Origin: an uncultured Clostridia bacterium
Lineage (GTDB): Bacteria > Aerophobota > Aerophobia > Aerophobales > AE-B3A
DNA length: 64,000 bases
Assembly: GCA_964543295.1 (NCBI GenBank)
Contig: CAZIXA010000002.1
Coordinates: forward strand, 46,410 to 110,409
Direction of reading: 5' to 3'
Position 1 is the first letter of the stretch, and each line of letters starts with the position of its first letter. Both the position numbers and the translations under genes were made by a program. Shown here piece after piece: positions 47,145 through 58,074 of the stretch. Under the pieces are notes generated by a model, which was not told the DNA's origin, did no database searches, and saw only the letters and a list, made by a program, of their open reading frames with translations.

Positions 47145-49685
47145 GTGCGAGATACTGTGTGGCTGAAGAAAGTTGAAAAGTACTGGCTTCTTATAATTAT
47201 TCTTGAGTTTGCCTTTTTTCTCAGAGCTTATGGGATGAGTTTTGGTCTTCCGTACATCTATGAGGCCGATGCTCACATATACATAAATGGTGCTGTCGGT
47301 TTCCTACGAAGAGGGGACTGGAACCCGTATGTGGGGCTTTTGGTCAATGTGGCCGCAATTTGTGGGGCACTCTACATAATTTGGAAAAAAAAGAGAAAAG
47401 CTTATATATTGTTAGTATTCTTCTTAATATATTCCTTATCCATAGCCGGATTTTTGGGAAGGGCTTTTCATTGGACAATGCCAATCTTTCCCCTCTCAGC
47501 TATTTTTGCGGGCGTGTTTATCGTCAAAGCTGCTAGCTATGTTTTGGACAGGAGGGGTCTGACTAGACACACAAATTTAATTTTGGTTATCAGTGTTTTG
47601 CTTATAACATCTCCTTCCACAGTATCAGCTATTCACCAGGATTATCAACTTACACAAAAAGATACCCGGGCTTATGCTAAGGAGTGGGTTGAACAAAATT
47701 TACCCAAAGGGAGTAAAATCGGACAAGAGGGATGTACCGGTCTACATTTAGACCGAAATTTATTCCAGATTACGGAAAAGTTCACCCTTAGCGATAAGGA
47801 TTTACAGTACTACGTTGGGACAGGATTTGATTTTTTACTGGTAAGCGATGACAGATATGGGCGTTACTTCAGCGATCCAAAGAGATACCCTCATAATGTG
47901 AGGTTCTACCGTACTCTATTTAAACAGGGAAAGCTTTTAAAAGAATTTAGACCCAGCTTTACCCGACCTAGTCCGACAATTAAGATAATCGATATCAGGG
48001 GTTTTAGGCAATCACCAGCAGCAGACAGGGGGAAATGGCAGGTTGATCCTTCTAATCTGGTGATAATGAAAGGCAGTAGTGCCACACTTCCGGAATCAAC
48101 CGCTGCTACCGACCTAAAGAATTATATAACCAGCAAGACCAGTATAACGCCAGGTATAGTCACCGATACATATACCGGGAGTAAGCAGATCATCAGTATC
48201 GGTATGCCTGCAACGAGCAGCGAAATATCGAGTTTCGTGGGAAGTAAATCATTGCCAAAATGCGATGGTTACGCCATTGATATCCCGAACAGTGGTAAGA
48301 TACACATTAGTAGTAAAACTTATGGTCGGGGAGTAGTATATGGTGTATACCATTTGATGCATTTGATGAAGTTTTCCGGGAATAAGATAGTGTTGGAAGC
48401 AGCCAGTCTTTATGAGGAACCAGATTTTAAGATTAGAAAAGTTCATATAAACGAGTGGTTAAATACTAGTATATTTATGGAAGAAACTTTTAAAATAATG
48501 GTGAGGTATCCATACCGTTTTAATGCAATTCAGGAGTGGAAAATATATAGGGACATTATGCCATCATTGTCTGACAAGGAATATTTACGTAGATATGGAT
48601 TAGAGTTTAATGATGGTGATTTGTATTACGAACCGCCCAACGACACTGTTGAGGGTTGGACAGCCACTATTAGAGATCAGTTGGATCCAGATAGAACTAA
48701 TAATTATATAACTGGTCTTTGTGCTTCAAGTTGGGAGATTTACGATGCATATCAATATCCACCATTTCTGCAGAAGACGTACGATATTGTTAAGGGTGAA
48801 TATGGTAAAGAGGTAGTCTTACGATGTTTAGTTGACTATAGATTTCATCCTCATACTATAGAGAACCAATGGAATAAATGGAAAACGGTACTGAATGATC
48901 TTCCTTTCTCAGATTTTCAGGTTAGAGCTTACTCTGATTATGGTTCTGAACAGGCACCCTGGAATCCAGGAAATCCCCAGTTGAATCCAATACTGAACAA
49001 TTCAGTTAAAGGAGAGAAAATTGTCGAATTCAAACTTTACGATGAGCAGATACACGGAGGAAGAGGGGAAGGAGTAGAGCTATGGCCCCAAATGGTGGAC
49101 CCGCTTCCACAAAATCGGGCAAATTATTTTAAGGACAGGTTCGTCCGACATAAAAATAATGGTGTTAAGGGAGTAACTATATGGCTTGGGAAGGGTCACG
49201 ACAGCGTCGATGCATTTTGTGTTAATGATGAAATCAATTTGTCTTCATTATATGCATTTGGCAGTCTTGCCTGGGATACTAATCAGGGTGTTGAGAATGA
49301 AGTTCTTTATGCTTGGGCTAAAGATAAGTACGGTCCGAAAGCAGCACCGCATATCGCTCATTATCTGGTTAACACCTATGAAGCTTTTCTCTACCAGGTT
49401 TATAAGATGGATTATACTGGTACAGATAATACGCAAGCTATATTTGGTACTTGGCCTCATCATATGACTACCAATCCAGAGCTTGATCCTAGAGCTAAGA
49501 GAGCCATGGATGAGATGTATTACTCCTTGTATGCTGCAAGACCATATTTGTCTGCCTCGGTGTATAATGAATATTTAACACGGACAGATAAATTATGTAA
49601 ATTTCTCACCGACAATTCTGGTGGCCACACTCCCCCACCGCAAAGTAATATCAAGCGGCAAAATTCCAGCCAAGCTGAACAGTAA
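47145..49685 (+). CDS. GT-C-type (ArnT/PMT-like) polytopic membrane glycosyltransferase fused to a large C-terminal extracytoplasmic domain of about 550 aa and unknown function.
   Basis: N-terminal transmembrane helices with a first-loop acidic motif (YIYEADAH) typical of GT-C enzymes. GTG start. The C-terminal domain is unassigned. Confidence 0.5.
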   Translation: MRDTVWLKKVEKYWLLIIILEFAFFLRAYGMSFGLPYIYEADAHIYINGAVGFLRRGDWNPYVGLLVNVAAICGALYIIWKKKRKAYILLVFFLIYSLSIAGFLGRAFHWTMPIFPLSAIFAGVFIVKAASYVLDRRGLTRHTNLILVISVLLITSPSTVSAIHQDYQLTQKDTRAYAKEWVEQNLPKGSKIGQEGCTGLHLDRNLFQITEKFTLSDKDLQYYVGTGFDFLLVSDDRYGRYFSDPKRYPHNVRFYRTLFKQGKLLKEFRPSFTRPSPTIKIIDIRGFRQSPAADRGKWQVDPSNLVIMKGSSATLPESTAATDLKNYITSKTSITPGIVTDTYTGSKQIISIGMPATSSEISSFVGSKSLPKCDGYAIDIPNSGKIHISSKTYGRGVVYGVYHLMHLMKFSGNKIVLEAASLYEEPDFKIRKVHINEWLNTSIFMEETFKIMVRYPYRFNAIQEWKIYRDIMPSLSDKEYLRRYGLEFNDGDLYYEPPNDTVEGWTATIRDQLDPDRTNNYITGLCASSWEIYDAYQYPPFLQKTYDIVKGEYGKEVVLRCLVDYRFHPHTIENQWNKWKTVLNDLPFSDFQVRAYSDYGSEQAPWNPGNPQLNPILNNSVKGEKIVEFKLYDEQIHGGRGEGVELWPQMVDPLPQNRANYFKDRFVRHKNNGVKGVTIWLGKGHDSVDAFCVNDEINLSSLYAFGSLAWDTNQGVENEVLYAWAKDKYGPKAAPHIAHYLVNTYEAFLYQVYKMDYTGTDNTQAIFGTWPHHMTTNPELDPRAKRAMDEMYYSLYAARPYLSASVYNEYLTRTDKLCKFLTDNSGGHTPPPQSNIKRQNSSQAEQ

Positions 49686-49923
49686 CTGATGGTATACCGG
49701 ATACCCTACTCTACTGGCTGCGAACGAAGCAAACTCGGTAGTCGCCGGTAGCCGCAGGCTTCAGCCTGCGTAAAACCTTAGCCTGTGTTTATGCGCATCC
49801 TAAAGGGTGCGGCTACCCGCTCTATTCTTTGCAATCAACAACATGGAACGTCCTTCACTTTACCTCATAAATATGATCCGAGCTCTTGAAGGAATAGTGC
49901 GGTATGCTTGCAAATGTAGGATT

Positions 49924-49953
49924 TGACTTTTCAAAGAATACAGTTATTATAGC
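49924..49953 (+). promoter_or_regulatory. Sigma70-like promoter (TTGACT-N17-TATTAT) upstream of the GT4 gene.
   Basis: TTGACT at 49924-49929, TATTAT about 17 nt downstream. Confidence 0.4.
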
Positions 49954-50009
49954 CCATAAATGAGATATTAGTGCTTGGAAGAGAAGCACTTTTTGGCTTG
50001 ACCACATCC

Positions 50010-51236
50010 ATGAAGAAGTTGCGAATATGTATGATTACGACCTTTTATCCTCCATATCATACGGGAGGCTGTGGAATTCACGTATATCATCTATCAAATT
50101 TGCTTGCTCAGCAGGGTCACCAGGTGGAGGTTATTCACTGTATCGATTCCTATTTTACTAAGAGACAGACCAAGCAAAAAGGCAGGTATGAAAAGCATAT
50201 AAATCTAAAAGTTCACGGGATAAAAAGTGGCGTAGGCCGAATAGCACCCACCATTACTTATCTAACTGGCTATCCTGTTTTGGTAGGTAATAAAATTAGA
50301 AGAATCTTTACTAAAGGTTTTGATGTTATTCATTACCATAATATTTCGCTGCTTGGTGGGCCAGCCGTGTTAAGCTTTGGAGATGCCATAAAACTCTTTA
50401 CCCTTCACACGTACTGGTTAATCTGCCCTACTCACTACCTATGGAAATTTAATCGTGAAATTTGCCAGAGTAAAGAGTGCTTGAAATGCTTGATCTTTTA
50501 TGGGAAGTTGCCACCTCAACTCTGGAGGTACTTAAACCTGAGGGATAAGATGCTCAAAAATGTGGATGTACTTATCGCACCCAGCCAGTTTCTCAAATCT
50601 AAGCATGTAGAGGAGGGTATTAAAAACCGCCTGGACTGGATACCCCATTTTGTTTTTCCTCCTCGAGAAAATGATACGCTGAAGGAAGAAAACACTACAT
50701 TAGATCTAAAAAATCTTATTCCTTATTTTTTGTATGTGGGACGTTTAGAGCCTAATAAAGGGGTACAGGTCTTAATAGAAGCTTATACTAAGAAGATGAG
50801 AAAAAGTAGGCTATTGGTCGCTGGTGAGGGCACGTATTGCCAGACTCTCAAGCAACAGGCCAGAAATAACCCTAATATAATATTCCTCGGCCAGCTTCCA
50901 CACCAGAAGCTCGCATCTCTGTACAGGAATGCTCTGGCTTTAATCATACCTTCTCTTTGGCCTGAGATTATTACCTTGGTGGTTATAGAGGCGATGTCTC
51001 ATGGTATTCCTGTTGTAACTACTGGCAATGGAGGTTTAATGGAAGTTGTTGATGGCAATAAAGCAGGGATTATCTATGGGGAGGTAGACGAATTGGTTGA
51101 TGCTCTGGACCTCATTGAAGATAATCGAGATCTGAGAAATGAGTTAGCAGCTAACGCCTCGAATGCATACCAGAAATATTATTCACCAGAGGCTTATCTT
51201 CATAAATATTATAGCTTGATAAATAAATTCCTCTAG
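50010..51236 (+). CDS. Glycosyltransferase family 4 (GT-B, retaining).
   Basis: The GT4 C-terminal signature (EAMSHGIPVVTTGNGGLMEVV). The ORF track opens at GTG 49971, but ATG 50010 matches the conserved N-terminus (MKKLRICMITTFYPP). Confidence 0.8.
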   Translation: MKKLRICMITTFYPPYHTGGCGIHVYHLSNLLAQQGHQVEVIHCIDSYFTKRQTKQKGRYEKHINLKVHGIKSGVGRIAPTITYLTGYPVLVGNKIRRIFTKGFDVIHYHNISLLGGPAVLSFGDAIKLFTLHTYWLICPTHYLWKFNREICQSKECLKCLIFYGKLPPQLWRYLNLRDKMLKNVDVLIAPSQFLKSKHVEEGIKNRLDWIPHFVFPPRENDTLKEENTTLDLKNLIPYFLYVGRLEPNKGVQVLIEAYTKKMRKSRLLVAGEGTYCQTLKQQARNNPNIIFLGQLPHQKLASLYRNALALIIPSLWPEIITLVVIEAMSHGIPVVTTGNGGLMEVVDGNKAGIIYGEVDELVDALDLIEDNRDLRNELAANASNAYQKYYSPEAYLHKYYSLINKFL

Positions 51237-51268
51237 AAATTTGTGGAAAAGGCAGTCAGGGAGGACTA

Positions 51269-52381
51269 TTGGTGGTCAAAAGATTGAGTAGAGAGCTTAT
51301 CTGGAAATATCTACCTCTTGCCATAACTGGTTTTTATGATTACCAGATAAAGGTTCATTTCAGCAGGATTCTACCTCCCAGAACGCTCATATTTCCCGTA
51401 ACCTATCGATGTAATTCACGATGTCTCATGTGCAATATATGGAAAAAGGATCGAAAACCAGAGATGAGTTTAAAAGAGCTGGAAGTGGCCTTCTCAGATA
51501 ATTTATTTAGAAAAATCCAAAATGTTAACATCACCGGCGGAGAACCAACCTTACGGAAAGACCTGAGTCAGATTGTCCGATTGCTCGTAAGGAAGATGCC
51601 AGAATTAAGAAAGATTACCCTTACCACAAATGCCCTTAATGTAAGTAGTGTAGTTACTTCTTCTGCAAAAATATCAGAAATTTGCCGTGAGAAAGACATT
51701 GATTTCCTGGTGGGAATCTCCCTGGATGGCATTGGTGAGGTTCATGATGAGATAAGAAATGTTCCGAGAGCTTTTGAGAGGACTAGCCAAACTATTTTGA
51801 AAGTTCAGGAACTTCAACAACTTCATCATAATAGGATGAGGTTAAACGTTAACTGTACCATAACCAAAAAAAATCTACCCGATCTGGAAAATCTTATTGA
51901 TTGGTGCAGTCGACATAATGTCTATGTCAACTTCATAATTGCTGAGTTTTCCGAAAACTACTATTCGAACGAAGGTGTAGAGAAGCAATTGCGGATCGAA
52001 GACGAGGACATGGATTATTTTCTGAGTTTTCTCCAAAAACTAGCAGCGGAGAAATCGCTTTTCAACTTGTCAGCCTATTTTTACAGTGACATGCTAGAAG
52101 TAATTAAGAACAATAAAGCAAGAACGGCTCCCTGTATCTTCTGGTTTGACGGATTTGTCTTTGACATCTACGGGGATCTTTATTACTGCATTCTCTGGGA
52201 TAAGATTGGAAACTGCCGTGACAAAAGTTGCAGTAGTATCTATTATGATCCTAAGAATGTTCTCTACCGGAAAGATCTTTTAAGAACAAAGTGCGCCAAC
52301 TGCACCAGCAGTTGTTTTCTAGAAATAGCGACCGGGAAAGAGCTAATCAAATACTTGAAGTTTCTATTATTTTACCATTAG
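51269..52381 (+). CDS. Radical SAM protein with a C-terminal Cys-rich (SPASM/twitch-like) region.
   Basis: CxxxCxxC (YRCNSRCLMC) near the N-terminus and C-terminal cysteines (CANCTSSC). Confidence 0.7.
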   Translation: MVVKRLSRELIWKYLPLAITGFYDYQIKVHFSRILPPRTLIFPVTYRCNSRCLMCNIWKKDRKPEMSLKELEVAFSDNLFRKIQNVNITGGEPTLRKDLSQIVRLLVRKMPELRKITLTTNALNVSSVVTSSAKISEICREKDIDFLVGISLDGIGEVHDEIRNVPRAFERTSQTILKVQELQQLHHNRMRLNVNCTITKKNLPDLENLIDWCSRHNVYVNFIIAEFSENYYSNEGVEKQLRIEDEDMDYFLSFLQKLAAEKSLFNLSAYFYSDMLEVIKNNKARTAPCIFWFDGFVFDIYGDLYYCILWDKIGNCRDKSCSSIYYDPKNVLYRKDLLRTKCANCTSSCFLEIATGKELIKYLKFLLFYH

Positions 52382-52393
52382 GAAGGGTAAGGT

Positions 52394-53134
52394 ATGGCAG
52401 AAATAGATATAAACGTAGATCAAAGGATGGTAATTTCTGAAGCTGGCACACGTGAAAATTTCCATAAGTATATTGAGCGAGTAACCGGTCAACGATCTTT
52501 CGGTCCCTTCCTTTGTCAGGAGCTCATCTTTGCCCTCTTTGCTAATCTGCCCACCGCCTTGGGTTCGGTACTCAGGACCGTTGTTTATCGCTCGTTTCTG
52601 GGAAAGATGGGTTCAAATTGCTTTATTGAAGAAGGTGTTCGTCTTAGAATACCCCAGAAGATTTTTCTTGGGGATCGAGTATTCATAGGAAAAAACTGTG
52701 ACATAGATGTTGAGTATCTTGATAGCGAGATAAGGATTGGTGATGACGTGCATATATCGCGTGACACTATAATCTTAGCTGGGATAGGTAAAACTATCAT
52801 CAATGAGAGTGTCAGCATAGGTGCAGGTAGTTTTATTTATGGATCCGGTGGGGTTGAAATTGGTAGGGATTCGCTTTTGGCTGATCATGTAAGAGTAATG
52901 GCTGGAAGCCACAAATATAAAGACGTATCCAAATTAATACGTCTTCAAGGAGCATGTTTGAAAAAGACAACCATTGGCCGAGATGTATGGTTAAGCTCGT
53001 CAACCATAGTTTTAGGAGGAGTCACAGTTGGTGATGGAGCAGTAGTGGGAGCAGGTGCAGTAGTGAGCAAAGATATACCCAGTTACAGTATCGCCGTGGG
53101 TGTACCGGCAAAGGTTATCGGAAAAAGAGAGTAA
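52394..53134 (+). CDS. Hexapeptide-repeat (LbH) acetyltransferase, sugar N-/O-acetyltransferase-like.
   Basis: Multiple hexapeptide repeats (IGDDVHI, IGAGSFI, IGRDVWL, VGDGAVVGAGAVV). Confidence 0.75.
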   Translation: MAEIDINVDQRMVISEAGTRENFHKYIERVTGQRSFGPFLCQELIFALFANLPTALGSVLRTVVYRSFLGKMGSNCFIEEGVRLRIPQKIFLGDRVFIGKNCDIDVEYLDSEIRIGDDVHISRDTIILAGIGKTIINESVSIGAGSFIYGSGGVEIGRDSLLADHVRVMAGSHKYKDVSKLIRLQGACLKKTTIGRDVWLSSSTIVLGGVTVGDGAVVGAGAVVSKDIPSYSIAVGVPAKVIGKRE

Positions 53135-53168
53135 ATCGTAGTAAATTATTAAAGATGGTAAACACTGA

Positions 53169-54074
53169 ATGAGAGAAATGTTGCAAGTAAGAAAAAGAGT
53201 TATAAAGTGGATTCTTCAGGGTCTCTTGATTGCTGTAATTTTCTATTTTTTGGCAAGAAACTTATACGTCAACTGGAACAAGATTGTCGAGTATGACTGG
53301 AATATAAACTACTACTTCCTGGCATCCTCGTTGGTCCTTTCCATAGTAGGTGCTTTCTTGATAGCTCTTGGATGGAACTTGATACTGAGAGTGCTGGGGG
53401 GCAGGCTAGGATACAAAAGAGCCCTTAAGATTTTTTTCATTACTGATTTGGCTAAATATGTGCCTGGTAAAGTATGGACTATAGCCGGAAAGATTTATCT
53501 ATGTACAAAAGAAGGTATTTCCCTTGCTAAGACATCAGCAAGCGTGGTTATCCAACCCTTGATACAGGTAATAACCGGAATATTAATGTTTCTCGTCTCT
53601 CTTCCATTCTGGACGAAAACCAGCGATTTTATGAACAAACTTTACTTTTTTTTCCCCCTGATTCCCATTGGTTTGGTTCTTCTGCACCCGGCCATAATGA
53701 CTAAGCTACTCAATTTTGTGTTGACCAGATTAAAACAAAAACCGATAGAGTTAAACACAAAATACAGAGATATATTATTAATCTTGCTCTTATGGTGTGG
53801 TTTATGGACTTTATCAGGGATTACCTATTACTTTTTGATTATTTCAGTACAGTCTTTTCCTGTTTCATGGTTGCCAGTGACGATTGGCATCTTTTCGATA
53901 GCTGGAGTATCTCAATTTTTGACACCCTCTGGCATAGGAGTACTGGAAGGTGTGCTAACAGTCTTGCTTAGTCTGTATCTTCCTGTACCCATAGCTATTC
54001 TTATCGCACTTTTAGCTCGGGTTTGGAAAACAGTGACTGAACTAGTATGCGTAGCGATTACTGTGAAGTTTTAA
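53169..54074 (+). CDS. Flippase-like domain membrane protein (lysylphosphatidylglycerol-synthase TM-region family, PF03706-like).
   Basis: Eight predicted transmembrane helices and the motif KIFFITDLAKYVPGKVW. Confidence 0.6.
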   Translation: MREMLQVRKRVIKWILQGLLIAVIFYFLARNLYVNWNKIVEYDWNINYYFLASSLVLSIVGAFLIALGWNLILRVLGGRLGYKRALKIFFITDLAKYVPGKVWTIAGKIYLCTKEGISLAKTSASVVIQPLIQVITGILMFLVSLPFWTKTSDFMNKLYFFFPLIPIGLVLLHPAIMTKLLNFVLTRLKQKPIELNTKYRDILLILLLWCGLWTLSGITYYFLIISVQSFPVSWLPVTIGIFSIAGVSQFLTPSGIGVLEGVLTVLLSLYLPVPIAILIALLARVWKTVTELVCVAITVKF

Positions 54075-54199
54075 ATTTTTTGTAAAATGTATTCATGGAA
54101 AAATCTCGATATATCCTTGACGAGATTTCTTGGTTGTTATAAGCTACATTTAGCGTTTTAGGAAAACTGAACTACAGTCCAGAACGGAGGATATTCAGT

Positions 54200-55630
54200 A
54201 TGTCCAATTCCAAAGTACTTTTAATTAGTCCACAAATAGATTATGCAAAAATGTTTGGAAAAGCAAGCGCAACTACCCCCTCGATGATTCCCTTAAACTT
54301 ACTATATCTGTCCGCGTATTTAGAGGGTAAAAACATTCCCGTAAAAGTACTGGATGGGCAAGTAAATGACTTGAGTGAGGAGAGTTTAATAAGGCATATT
54401 AAACAATTCAACCCAAACATTGTGGGCATAAGTTGCCATACACCATTAGTATATCTTGCTCATAGAATTGCCAAGACGGTAAAAAGCGCTTCCCGTCAAA
54501 TAACAGTCATTATGGGGGGTCCTCATCCGAGTGTACTTCCTGACGAGACAATAGCTGATGAGAATGTTGATATAGTAGTTAGAGGTGAGGGTGAAATCAC
54601 ACTTTTTGAGTTGGTAAAAGCGATTGAAAGCGGCACTAATCTAAATTTAATTCTGGGGATAACGTATCAGGATAACGGAAATATTGTCGCTACTGCAGAT
54701 AGGCCTTTAAACACGGATCTTGATTCGCTGCCCCTTCCTTCAAGACATCTCGTCCCTATCAGGGAATATCACCCTCAAGCAGATATTTACTACCGATTCC
54801 CCTGGACTATTATGCTTACCTCCAGAGGATGTCCATACAAATGTATATTTTGCGCTTCCAGGCGAATCTCAGGACATAAATATCGAGTGAGAAGTCCAGA
54901 AAAGGTTGTTGAAGAAATCGACGTCCTGGTAAACCAATATGGCATTAGAAATATCGGCATAGCCGATGATAACTTTGTTGTCGACAGAAAGAGGACAGAG
55001 CGAATATGTGATATACTTATTAAGGAGGGCTACCACCGAAGAGTGGACTGGGTGTGTGCACTCAGAGCAGATGGGGTTGATAAGCCTCTCCTGAAAAAGA
55101 TGAGAGCCGCAGGCTGCAAATGTATCTGTGTCGGTATTGAAACAGGGTCTCAGCGGTTGATGAATATTCTTAAAAAGCATCTTAAGTTAGAAAAAGTGGA
55201 GGAAGGGGTCAGAATGATGAGGGAAGCAGAAATCAAAGTCCGGGGCACTTTTTTGCTGGGAATTCCAACAGAGACAGAGGAGGAAACGCTACAGACCGTA
55301 CATTTTGCTAAGAAATTAAGTCTCGATTTTGCTAAGTTTAATATTATTACTCCCTATCCAGGCACAGAATTGTATGAAATGGCTAAGGACAGAGACTTGG
55401 TCGCGGACGATACGTGGTCCAGGTTAATTCCAGGCATCGGATTCAGTGAGGCAGAGCCGGTCTTTGTGCCTAAGGGAAGAAATCCCAAAGAGTTAAAAGC
55501 CAAGCAACAAAGAGCTACCAGGACATTCTATTTTCGGCCGCGGCCAATTTGGAATTTAGCTAATAACATACGATCCTTTGATGATTTTAAGCGGTATTTT
55601 TATGCGGCAAAATTATTGCTGAAATGGTAG
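54200..55630 (+). CDS. B12-binding-domain radical SAM protein (class B, COG1032-type), paralog 1.
   Basis: An N-terminal cobalamin-binding Rossmann-like domain and CxxxCxxC (SRGCPYKCIFC). Confidence 0.8.
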   Translation: MSNSKVLLISPQIDYAKMFGKASATTPSMIPLNLLYLSAYLEGKNIPVKVLDGQVNDLSEESLIRHIKQFNPNIVGISCHTPLVYLAHRIAKTVKSASRQITVIMGGPHPSVLPDETIADENVDIVVRGEGEITLFELVKAIESGTNLNLILGITYQDNGNIVATADRPLNTDLDSLPLPSRHLVPIREYHPQADIYYRFPWTIMLTSRGCPYKCIFCASRRISGHKYRVRSPEKVVEEIDVLVNQYGIRNIGIADDNFVVDRKRTERICDILIKEGYHRRVDWVCALRADGVDKPLLKKMRAAGCKCICVGIETGSQRLMNILKKHLKLEKVEEGVRMMREAEIKVRGTFLLGIPTETEEETLQTVHFAKKLSLDFAKFNIITPYPGTELYEMAKDRDLVADDTWSRLIPGIGFSEAEPVFVPKGRNPKELKAKQQRATRTFYFRPRPIWNLANNIRSFDDFKRYFYAAKLLLKW

Positions 55631-55666
55631 CCCTCCATCGAGAGGAACAAATACGGGAAAATCACT

Positions 55667-56410
55667 ATGGACATCAGTATGTATCAGGATTTTTACAACC
55701 TCGAAGAAAAGCACTGGTGGTTTCTTGGTCGTCGCAAGATTGTCTTCTCTATGTTAAATAAGTATTTACCAAATGGAAGCCAGTTAAGAATACTCGATGT
55801 GGGTTGTGGTACAGGTGCTACTTTAAGGAAATTGGAAAAATATGGCCATGCTACCGGTGTAGATATATCTGAAGAGGCAGTCAAGTTCTGTAAATTGCGC
55901 GGCTGCAGGAACGTGTATAAAATTGACAAACAAGGCCTTTTCTTTGAAGATTACACGTTTGACGTGGTTGTTGCCCTGGATGTTATTGAGCATATTACTG
56001 ATGATTGCGCTGCCTTATCGGAATATTACCAAATTACCAAACAAAATGGAATTTTGGTAGTTACCGTACCTGCCTATAATTTCCTTTGGGGAGCTCACGA
56101 CGAAATAAACCATCATAAGAGAAGATATACTGCTAAGGAGTTAAAGAATAAAGTTGAAAAAGCGGAATTCGCTGTCAAAAAGCTAACTTATTTTAACACA
56201 TTCTTGTTCCCATTCGTTCTTCTAGCCAGAATGAGTCAACGGGTGACCAAAATGATAAATGGCAGGTATAAACTTCGATCTGATCTCAAACTGCATCATT
56301 CAGGTATAAATGATATTTTGAAAACCGTATTCTTTCTTGAAAACCGATTCTTAAAAGAATATAATTTTCTATACGGTGTATCATTGTTATGTGTGGCAAA
56401 AAAGAGTTAA
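55667..56410 (+). CDS. Class I SAM-dependent methyltransferase.
   Basis: Motif I LDVGCGTGA and a post-I acidic residue (GVDISEE). Confidence 0.8.
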   Translation: MDISMYQDFYNLEEKHWWFLGRRKIVFSMLNKYLPNGSQLRILDVGCGTGATLRKLEKYGHATGVDISEEAVKFCKLRGCRNVYKIDKQGLFFEDYTFDVVVALDVIEHITDDCAALSEYYQITKQNGILVVTVPAYNFLWGAHDEINHHKRRYTAKELKNKVEKAEFAVKKLTYFNTFLFPFVLLARMSQRVTKMINGRYKLRSDLKLHHSGINDILKTVFFLENRFLKEYNFLYGVSLLCVAKKS

Positions 56411-58074
56411 TATCTGTAAATGCGAGAAGCAAGTCGTCCCGATTGCTCAAAAATGAGGATTTCATACTGGTTGGTTTCTTAACCCTGGTGGCACTTACCA
56501 TTAGGCTGATATCTTTGCATTTTTACCATTTTATTGGGATAGACGGTGGGGTAGATGGTGTTGGCTATGCTATTAGTGGCAAAAACCTCTTTTGGGGGCT
56601 GGGTTATTCCTTTCAGGGTCATCCTCAGTTAGTTAACCCTCCTTTCTATCCTGTATTAATTGGAATTTCATGGCTCTTTACCCATAATCTGGAATTTTCC
56701 GGTCAGATAGTGTCTGTCATTGCCGGAAGTTTGCTGGTTATACCCGTTTTTTACTTAGCAAAAGAGATGTATACAAGAGAAACGGGGATATGGTCTGCTA
56801 TCTTTGTTGCTGTCTGTCCTCCTCTAATATTCGGCTCCACTGAGGTTCGTGTTGCCTCGTTGTATACACTACTGTTGTCGGCGATGGTAGCTATCGGATG
56901 GAGGGCTCTACGAAGTAAATATCTATTTTGGTCTGCACTCACCGGTCTAATGTTAGCTTTATGTTATCTGACCCGTGCAGAAGCTATTATGTTTCTAGTT
57001 ATCTTTCTTCTTCTCTACCTACTTTTGTTTAAACTCAATATTGGCTTATCCTCATTCACAATAAAGACAATTATATTAAAAACCACTGTTCTCATAACAG
57101 TCTTTGTGTTAGTTTCATTTCCTTTTTGGCATTTCTTGCATCGTCACACAGGCAGATGGACACTTAGTGGAAGAGGCCCTTATACCTTCATTGGCTACTA
57201 TGGAGGTGATTGGGAGAAAGTCAATTTTGAGCTGGCCTCGAATCCAGAAGCAGCGCAGTTAAAATGGTTGAACCAAGGTGGGTTGCTGAATTTTGTCATA
57301 TCTAATCGCCATAAGCTACTGGCAAGATGGGAACGCAATATAGTGAGCATATGGTCTGGTCAGGATAAACAGGCTCAGCTGTTAAGAATCCCACGTTGGG
57401 TATTGAGAGGTGGGCTAATCCTCTTAACATTATTTATCGGCTTTGCATTCATTAAATTTATTCGGGCCCGACATATAGCGGCAAAGCATATTTATCTACT
57501 TATCATAGTTTCTTCTTCTCTCATCTATTTTTTCTTCGCCATTGATTGGCGCTATTTCTATCCTTATATTCCCTTTTTCTTAATTGGACTCGCACGAATA
57601 ACAACCATCATTCAAAACCGGCCCAGAGAGAGTCTTACCTCTGGGAACAGAACTCTTACTAAGTTTTTTGTATGTTCCCCGGTAGTGATACTTTTAGCAG
57701 GTATGAGCTATTATTCAGGGGTTCTAATAGGGAAGAAAGTGAATTACGCTCCTTATGAATACAAAATAATGGGCCAATGGATGAAAGAAAACATAGATGA
57801 TATTGAAAATAAGATTGTAATGTCCAGGAAACTGGGGGTGTCTTTCTACGGGGGAGCGAAGCACGAGCCCCTCTACTATGGTGAATACCCGGGATTAATT
57901 ACCTATGCAAGGTCTAAAAAAGTTGATTATTTGGTAATAGACCAATGGACAATTCCGAAAACCAGACCTCAGTTTGCCTTCTTGCTGAAAGAAGACCAAA
58001 AGCATCCAGGATTAAAGCTGGTTCACAAAGTAAGATATAAAGATCGAAAAACAATACTCTACAAAATTGAATGA
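56389..58074 (+). CDS. GT-C-type polytopic membrane glycosyltransferase (ArnT/GT39/GT83-like).
   Basis: About 12 transmembrane helices, a first-loop DGG/VDGVGY region, a C-terminal soluble domain, 561 aa. Confidence 0.6.
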   Translation: MCGKKELISVNARSKSSRLLKNEDFILVGFLTLVALTIRLISLHFYHFIGIDGGVDGVGYAISGKNLFWGLGYSFQGHPQLVNPPFYPVLIGISWLFTHNLEFSGQIVSVIAGSLLVIPVFYLAKEMYTRETGIWSAIFVAVCPPLIFGSTEVRVASLYTLLLSAMVAIGWRALRSKYLFWSALTGLMLALCYLTRAEAIMFLVIFLLLYLLLFKLNIGLSSFTIKTIILKTTVLITVFVLVSFPFWHFLHRHTGRWTLSGRGPYTFIGYYGGDWEKVNFELASNPEAAQLKWLNQGGLLNFVISNRHKLLARWERNIVSIWSGQDKQAQLLRIPRWVLRGGLILLTLFIGFAFIKFIRARHIAAKHIYLLIIVSSSLIYFFFAIDWRYFYPYIPFFLIGLARITTIIQNRPRESLTSGNRTLTKFFVCSPVVILLAGMSYYSGVLIGKKVNYAPYEYKIMGQWMKENIDDIENKIVMSRKLGVSFYGGAKHEPLYYGEYPGLITYARSKKVDYLVIDQWTIPKTRPQFAFLLKEDQKHPGLKLVHKVRYKDRKTILYKIE